From Amphiscolops sp. MND2022 (taxonomy: Eukaryota): a DNA stretch of 64,000 nt. The translations under genes were made by a program, and so were the position numbers. Of the stretch, positions 57,384-64,000 are shown one piece after another; positions within the stretch are counted from its first letter, which is position 1; each line of letters opens with the position of its first letter. Below the pieces are notes generated by a model. That model had not been told where the DNA came from. It was given only the letters and a program-made list of their open reading frames with translations, and ran no database searches. The stretch lies in NCBI GenBank assembly GCA_964187785.1, contig OZ076409.1:94428001-94492000 (forward strand), given 5' to 3'.

Positions 57384-60026
57384 CTAATGACTGGCGCCAA
57401 CATTGCCGGCCCTGTTTTTCTCCTGAAAAACACTTTCGTAGAACATGGGTGCCAGTTTCACTACTGGTCTTTTGAGTTTTCCATCTTCCGTTTTCACCAG
57501 CGCTGATCTCACTCGCCCATCGCTTCCATGATAGACTTCCAACACTCTACCCATCTTGTAGTGCGCTCTTTTCACATTCTCATCCACTATCCAAACCAAA
57601 TCATTGACTTCCAGTTGTCTAACTTCTTCTTTAATCCATTTTCCAAAAGATTCTTGTCGCATCATCACTTCTTCCCGTGATGCAGCCGGCCCTATGAAAG
57701 GCCCATTTTCCGAACTTGTTGTAGTTTGTGCTTTTGAAGAACCCAATTGCGTTTCCATTAGCGATATTTCGTCTGCAAATTTATCTATCACAATCTTTGG
57801 ATATAGGATGCCAGTTGTCAATTGAACACATTCGACCATTCCTTGTAATCGGTTTGAGCTATGTTCAAACATCCAAGCTTGTTTCTTCGGTCGCTTGCGG
57901 TGGCCTTTGCTCAATTGAGTTTTATCCATGCCGTTAGCCTGTGCCACCGCGTCCATCCCAGAGTTTCCATTACCAATCCGAGGGTTCCACTCATTGTTAT
58001 TACTCGGGATAGTTTCTTCTACAAGGCTTACTTTGAAGTCAAAATCAAATTTCTTTCCAAAGGTTGCAATCATGGTACGTGTTTCACCTTTGGCATTGCA
58101 TTCAACGGGTTCGTCATGTTTCGCTGCAACATGGCATAGCTTTCGATACATTGCTTCTTCACTACAATCATCAAGCAGTGCAAATTGTTGCTCATGCACA
58201 AATCCATAACTTTTGTCGAATTCAAAACATTTGTTTCCTTCTTCAAGAAGTAGAGTACTGTCATGAAGCATCGTCACTTCGAATATTTTCCCTTGTTTTA
58301 TGTCCTGATGTACGGTGAAAACTTCTGCACTCTCTTGCAGCAGTTCACGTTGGACACTCGATTCTCCCAAAGTTTGCTTGCTAGATGCGAATGATAAGAA
58401 TCTATGCTCCTTCCTTGTTTCTGCCATTGTGTGATTCAAGTTCTCCTTTGTTTGATTTATCGAATGCTCACTCATGCCCAAGTGAATATCTTCTTCCAAA
58501 ACCTGTTTGGTATCCACGAGGAGGGTTTCTGAACGGACGTCTTGCCGACCGTTGTCTACAATGAATGTTTCTGACAATTTCTGTATACATTCCGTTGTGA
58601 TGAGCTGCGAGGTTCCTTGGTTTGCAAGTTTCACGTCTGGTTGTGATATTGCTTCTTTTCTGCACGTTCCGTCATCAGCTTGCTCATCGGCTTCTGTTGG
58701 AGATTTTGAGTCTCTCCTAAGCGCGGAGAATTTTCCTTCGTGAACTAATTTCACTGCATTCTCTGATTTCAAATGAACTGATAGTGCAATATTGGACTTA
58801 GCGCCGTCTTCGACTGTTTCTGTCTCAGCCATGCATCTTGAGTCTTCCGTGAAACTGTCGACTGATGAGACACTTGGGAAGCTAGTCCCCTGACTGCTCG
58901 ACACTTCCGCTATTTCTCTTTCCTTTTCAGCTATTCTAGTTCTGCGGGCAAGCTGTTCATGCAAGTCAGCTATTTCCATTTGTATTGCTTCACGCTTCAG
59001 TTTCTCGAGTCGGGTTTGCAGTTCTTCTTGCTCTTTTTGAGCTTTTACTTTCAAATGAAGAACTCGTCTAGCAATTGAACTTTTCGAAATCACTGAGCTT
59101 CTGTTGCTTCTGGTTTCAACCAGTTTTGGATATTTGCCCAGTTCCTCTATTTCCAATTGTCCAGTCTCGCTTCTTTGGCCTTGGACTTCATCCGATTTCT
59201 GATCTTCCGCTTTCTCTAAGGCTTGAGGAAACAGTCGATCTCCATTAGACCACTTCGTGCTAACTGTTGGTTTGTTGTCCATCAGGATTGTTACGTCAGA
59301 CACCTTACTGTTTTCTTCGAGTAGTGATGTCACATCGTTGATTGAGTTTTCCTCTTCAGATATGCTGTCTCTCATACCACAGCAACTTTCTTGTTCCTTG
59401 GTCTTTCTTGACCGTGTCAGTGATTCCTTTTCACTAGCTGTTTCTTTTACACAATTAGGTTTTGCCTGATGGACACGTCTTTGCCTCAACTTTCTTGTGC
59501 GAGGGCATCTCATAGCTGCGTCTGCAGATGTTCCATTTGTCATCTGACTCAGTTTCAACTCTTTTGTCCCATCAATTGGACACTTCAACATTTGATGCAC
59601 ATCGGGGAACCAATATCCCCAACTCGATTCCAGTTTCGCAAAGCATTCGTCCCATTCAGTCACACTTCGACTGAGCTGTCTTTGCGTTTCTTCATTTGTA
59701 AGACTCAACATAAAGTCTACACAGAACAGCAATGCCTGTCTTCTCTCGCGGTATTCAATTACCCAATCAATCAAGTTTCTTTTGGATACAACAGCTGTTT
59801 CCTCATTGAGCTTGTCATCCAAGTCTTTTACTAACGTATGGATCTTTTCCACATGTAGGGGTACAGTATTCCAATAGAGACTCCATGCGTACCAATCTGA
59901 CACATTTTCCAACTCTTTTGGTCTGATTTCCATCAGTTGTTGGCTCTGCTTTGTGTTTCTTCTTTCAAACACATTTGTCATTCGAGGGTGCTGCATCACT
60001 TGCATTTCTTTCTTTTTGGCTTTCAT
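57384..60026 (-). CDS. 880-aa BEL-derived ORF: coiled-coil gag-like region fused to the BEL integrase C-terminal (DUF5641-like) tail; no RT, RNase H or DDE core seen
   Basis: C-terminal LEVNDLVWIVDENVKRAHYKMGRVLEVYHGSDGRVRSALVKT...KRPVVKL is characteristic of BEL/Pao polyproteins. Confidence 0.8.
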   Translation of the reverse strand: MKAKKKEMQVMQHPRMTNVFERRNTKQSQQLMEIRPKELENVSDWYAWSLYWNTVPLHVEKIHTLVKDLDDKLNEETAVVSKRNLIDWVIEYRERRQALLFCVDFMLSLTNEETQRQLSRSVTEWDECFAKLESSWGYWFPDVHQMLKCPIDGTKELKLSQMTNGTSADAAMRCPRTRKLRQRRVHQAKPNCVKETASEKESLTRSRKTKEQESCCGMRDSISEEENSINDVTSLLEENSKVSDVTILMDNKPTVSTKWSNGDRLFPQALEKAEDQKSDEVQGQRSETGQLEIEELGKYPKLVETRSNRSSVISKSSIARRVLHLKVKAQKEQEELQTRLEKLKREAIQMEIADLHEQLARRTRIAEKEREIAEVSSSQGTSFPSVSSVDSFTEDSRCMAETETVEDGAKSNIALSVHLKSENAVKLVHEGKFSALRRDSKSPTEADEQADDGTCRKEAISQPDVKLANQGTSQLITTECIQKLSETFIVDNGRQDVRSETLLVDTKQVLEEDIHLGMSEHSINQTKENLNHTMAETRKEHRFLSFASSKQTLGESSVQRELLQESAEVFTVHQDIKQGKIFEVTMLHDSTLLLEEGNKCFEFDKSYGFVHEQQFALLDDCSEEAMYRKLCHVAAKHDEPVECNAKGETRTMIATFGKKFDFDFKVSLVEETIPSNNNEWNPRIGNGNSGMDAVAQANGMDKTQLSKGHRKRPKKQAWMFEHSSNRLQGMVECVQLTTGILYPKIVIDKFADEISLMETQLGSSKAQTTTSSENGPFIGPAASREEVMMRQESFGKWIKEEVRQLEVNDLVWIVDENVKRAHYKMGRVLEVYHGSDGRVRSALVKTEDGKLKRPVVKLAPMFYESVFQEKNRAGNVGASH

Positions 60027-60395
60027 TTGTTCATATGACTCTTTTGTTCCACTGAGGGCTTTCGAACTTCACAATTGTTTCTTGTAGGCTTTGTCACTTT
60101 TCCCAATTCTGCAATTTCTCAGATACAAAGTGTCAACTGCTCAATCCGGTAATCAATCGCCAATTCTTGAAGAATCAACCCAATACTGTCGATTATACTT
60201 GCCTTCTTTGACGAACTTGATTGTTTCGGTGGATCTTGTCTCTCTGACTTGATCCCTTGGCTTTACTTGGTGGATTTACTTGCAATGACGTCTTAGACCA
60301 GATCTTTGCTTCAATCAGGAATACGTTCCCAAAGAATACAATTCGTCTCAAAACTAGAATTGATGCACAAATACCTCCAGAGTGCTGCTAAAGCC

Positions 60396-60646
60396 CAACT
60401 CCCAGAGTACACAATAGTCCCAACTCCCAGAGTCACAGTAGCCCAATCTCCCAGAGACACAGTAACCCAATCTCCCAGACACACAGTAGCCCAATCTCCC
60501 AGAGTCACAGTAGCACAATCTCCCAGAGTCACAGTAGCACAATCTCCCAGAGTCACAATAGCCCAATCTCCCAGAGTCACAATAGCCCAATCTCCCAGAG
60601 ACACAAAAGCCCACTCTCCCAGAGACACAATATCAGAGTCTCCAAG
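60396..60646. repeat. 24-bp tandem repeat (~10 copies) in the BEL 5' leader
   Basis: Unit CTCCCAGAGTCACAGTAGCCCAAT. Confidence 0.92.
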
Positions 60647-61709
60647 ATCCAGTTCTTGGGCAATCTTCTGTTGTCTACCAACGAGTCGTCTTCTTCTAGT
60701 CCGGGTCGTCCACCAACTGGTTGTCCGGGTCGTCCACCAACGAGTAGTCCGGGTCGTCCACCAACGAGTAGTCCGGGTCGGCGGACCAAATTTAACGGCT
60801 GCTTGCCTTTATCCTGCGCTGAGGCTTGACAAGCTTTACGCCGCCCTGATCCGTTGCTTAGTGCTGTGGACCGTCACTAAACAATTCCTGGTTTTCTTGT
60901 TTAAAGGACTGTATCTTTTGACTGGTGGGTCCGATGTGACCCGTGGAATCTCCTGCGATTCCGCTTTGCACTGATTTGGATCCGATGTGATCCCGCACAC
61001 ACTTCCCTCACAGTATCTTCACGCGCTCCGGCTCTCCAACTATGAGAGTAGCTACTTAGTCGCTCTAACTCTAGCGAAAAGTTGTGAAGATTGAGAAGTT
61101 GATTTTTAGTCTCGCGGTCCTGAGACCCAACTTGACTATAGCTATACAGTGGAGAAAATCTCTATCTAATAATGGTATAAATGTGGTTTACAATTCTACA
61201 GTAAATATAGAACAAATATCAGTTGAAATATGTTGTATAAATAAATGACATTTAAGTGAATTATTAAAGTTATTGGCTATGTAAACAAAGCACATGGTGG
61301 TTTTGGCATGTTGGTCAGGTGGGTTAGAAAGTATGTTTACACTATGTAAATATCATGAATTTCAACAGAGTTACATTCTAATGTGGTCATAAGGTTAAAT
61401 AACAAAGTTTACATTTTTGGTTCAATGACCTTGAACACTACACATGTGAGGGGTAAAGGGGGTTATAATGGGTGGATGACCTTGAAACTTGGCGTGTGTG
61501 TTTGGGTTATGTACCTGCATGCGTGTGCCAAGTTTCGTGGCTCTAGGGTTAACAGTCTTGGAGAAAACCCATTTGGGGGGGGTTTTAAAGAATTGTGATG
61601 ATTGGATTTTCTTCAAATTTTCATCTAAGTTTTTAAGAGTTTAAGTCTTGTTTCTCAACCAGCATGTTCCAAATCGACTTTCTTTGCCTGCTGATGACTG
61701 GCGCCAACA

Positions 61710-63242
61710 CATGGCGACCCCATGCAGGGACACCCTGGGGCAACCAAAATGTTGGTAGAACTCCGCAAGCGTTATTACATACCTAACCTTAGTGAACAAG
61801 TTTCAGAATTTGTTAGTAACTGCACAGACTGTCTAAAAGCTAAACCTGTTAACCCAAAACGCCTAATCCCACCGCTTGAAAAGATCTACGACCCTTGCAA
61901 TGGTCCTGAAGACATACTTGAAATCGATCTAGTAGGCGAACTGCCCTGCTCAAATGGATACACGCACATCCTGACGGCGTGCGATTACTTCTCGCGCTAT
62001 CTGTTCTCGATCCCGATCCGCAAACCAGACACAAAATCAGTAGTCAATGCATTGTTGCAAATCTTTACCCGTCACGCCTACGTACCTAAGACCATCATCA
62101 CTGACAAAGGCACGGCGTTCACATCCAGCATCATGACTGAACTAATGAAAACTGCCGGAATTCAAATCGAACACGCAACTGTAAAACATGCACAGACCAT
62201 AGGAATGGTTGAACGTTCCCACCAAAAGCTAAAACAGATATTGAAAATCAATGTTGCAGCTGACTCTCCGCAATGGGACAAGTACGTTAACTTAGCAGTT
62301 ATGGCTCATAACACGACCTACCACCAATCACTTAAGTGTACTCCGAGCGAAGTGTTTCATGGTAGAGTCCCGTTCAACGCATTAGACCTTAAATTCAGCA
62401 ACCCCCTGCAAAGCCGCACACAAGACACTGATTTGACGAAATTGGTCGACCAGGTGAACGAAAAGTACAAACAAGTAAACGACAACATACTCCAGGCTTA
62501 CCACAAGTACAAAAGGTACTACGACCGTAAAGCCCAGGCATCACCTTTAAAGGTTAATGACTTTGTGTTCCTTCTCAACCCGAAAATCACTGACCAGTCC
62601 GACAAAATTGCATTCAACCATTTTAAATGGGAAGGCCCTTTCAAAGTAGTAAAAGTCTTAACTAACTTCAACTACATAGTGAGAAAAATCGGCACTTCCC
62701 GTACACAGTGCGTTCATAGGATGCGCTTACGACCTTTCATCCCGAACGCACCCATACACGACATCGAAGAAGATCCAAATCTCTTCTATGCCGACCCAGA
62801 AGCGTTCGACGACCAGGATCTATTTAACGACCATGTACCTCAGACGATCTATTTTGAGCGAACGCCCGCACTGCCGCCTCCTGAAGAACTCGACACTGAA
62901 CATGGTATCATATACTACGACCAAGCTCAAAGGTCACCGGACCGACAAATGGCACAACCTATACCCGAAAACTCTCCTCAAACATTTGTGCCACCGACTG
63001 ACGACCCTGTTGTCAGTACTCACCTAGACGACGAAAATCGGATCGAACCCGATCATCCTGCAACCCACCAGAACGAGCTGCCACACAACAACGATGAAGC
63101 ACCGGTAACGTCACGCAATAACACTACCCGTTACAACCTACGTGCGCAACCTACACCGAAGACTTATCGAGACTTCCTCGTTCACGAACTCCAAGCAAAA
63201 CCTGTATTACGAAAATTGGTGCAAAACAACCACTCTAACTGA
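61710..63242 (+). CDS. pol: Gypsy integrase (continuation of pol after the BEL insertion)
   Basis: H..H..C..C zinc motif (HGDPMQGHPG...CTDC), EIDLVG, ITDKGTAF, VERSH, WEGPF. Confidence 0.93.
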   Translation, partial: HGDPMQGHPGATKMLVELRKRYYIPNLSEQVSEFVSNCTDCLKAKPVNPKRLIPPLEKIYDPCNGPEDILEIDLVGELPCSNGYTHILTACDYFSRYLFSIPIRKPDTKSVVNALLQIFTRHAYVPKTIITDKGTAFTSSIMTELMKTAGIQIEHATVKHAQTIGMVERSHQKLKQILKINVAADSPQWDKYVNLAVMAHNTTYHQSLKCTPSEVFHGRVPFNALDLKFSNPLQSRTQDTDLTKLVDQVNEKYKQVNDNILQAYHKYKRYYDRKAQASPLKVNDFVFLLNPKITDQSDKIAFNHFKWEGPFKVVKVLTNFNYIVRKIGTSRTQCVHRMRLRPFIPNAPIHDIEEDPNLFYADPEAFDDQDLFNDHVPQTIYFERTPALPPPEELDTEHGIIYYDQAQRSPDRQMAQPIPENSPQTFVPPTDDPVVSTHLDDENRIEPDHPATHQNELPHNNDEAPVTSRNNTTRYNLRAQPTPKTYRDFLVHELQAKPVLRKLVQNNHSN

Positions 63243-64000
63243 AAGTCATAAAAACACTTCACGCAAACGTGCTACACAACACAACAAACTATAGTTTTCT
63301 TTAGCACACCAAACCTGAAATTCCATTACTTTCGTTAGCTTAATCAAAATAGAAGAAATCACTAACGACTGCTAATAGCAGTCATGGCAGTCATGAGCCT
63401 AGATCGTGCAGGCAATTGTTTTACAATTGCGACACGCAAGAACACTAGCAACCCAACAGCAATTAAAACGATCATTCATTTCAGGCTACACTACTTGAAC
63501 AGCGCAAACGCTGAGCACTAACTGCCAATAATAATGAACGGACGGAAACGCAACGACCACAGACACCAGTCGTCACGAAAAATGCGATGCGAAAATACAT
63601 GTACCATGTAAATTAACGCGAGATAATTTATTCAATTCATGCCAAAATCGCTATAGCCACAGTCGGAGTAAAATACTCCAAATACGAGACGATCCCAGCG
63701 AAATTAACGAAACGTGAACGCAAATACCGTTCCCAAAACGATCAACGAACTAACAGGACCGATCTGCTGCCTCGCTAACGTTAGGACTACGCAATGAAGC
63801 CCCACACAATTACCCTTGAAATCATAGTGCTGGCTGTGTGGGTGCGTCGTTAAAAAACGTGCTTGTGTGGTTGGTCGTCACCATACAGATGAAGGTTGCT
63901 CTTTAGCAACTGGATTCAGTTTTAGTTTTGAATGGGTGGTTGCGACGGCAATTCACCTTACAATAAACCGAACAATAAACTGAGAAAAAAAATATGACCA

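Larger units (their letters stand above)
56485..61709 (-). mobile_element. Young non-autonomous BEL/Pao LTR element nested in the Gypsy integrase
   Basis: LTRs at 56485-57402 and 60791-61709 (about 7 substitutions and 1 indel by eye); 5-bp TSD CATGG; PBS-like TGGTCCGCCGACCCGGA; purine-rich tract before the 3' LTR. Confidence 0.92.
50629..64000 (+). mobile_element. Ty3/Gypsy LTR retrotransposon; 3' LTR not within the window
   Basis: Putative 5' LTR, gag, pol and integrase, interrupted by a BEL element. Confidence 0.9.

Noticed and set aside
60306..60974. 222-aa plus-strand ORF with VAQSPRVT repeats
   Set aside because: A by-product of 24-bp tandem repeats, antisense to the BEL element and running into its LTR.
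63880..64000. Possible spliced env start of the Gypsy element (ATACAG ATGAAG...)
   Set aside because: The frame closes within six codons and the window ends.

Overview
AT-rich eukaryotic, probably invertebrate, repeat-dense genomic DNA with one 200-N gap. The main feature is a complete 15.6-kb Polinton/Maverick (adintovirus-like endogenous virus) at 11801-27418 with a 6-bp GTCATA target-site duplication. It encodes pPolB, rve integrase, A32-like ATPase, adenain-like protease, major and minor capsid proteins and about 10 accessory ORFs. Each end of this element is itself a self-complementary hairpin with a compensatory base-pair change between ends, so the terminal sequence occurs four times. 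Twelve of its 16 ORFs start with TAAATG, and it carries several internal tandem-repeat arrays. Upstream, a duplicated, truncated GPCR-like gene sits next to very long (TAAC)n arrays. Downstream are Helentron-type non-autonomous repeats, a decayed Gypsy element with a MITE, a solo LTR, relics of a gB-like env gene, and a nested stack: a decayed Polinton relic, interrupted by a Gypsy element whose gag starts inside the LTR, interrupted in turn by a young non-autonomous BEL/Pao element. All family assignments come from motif recognition by eye; no searches were run.
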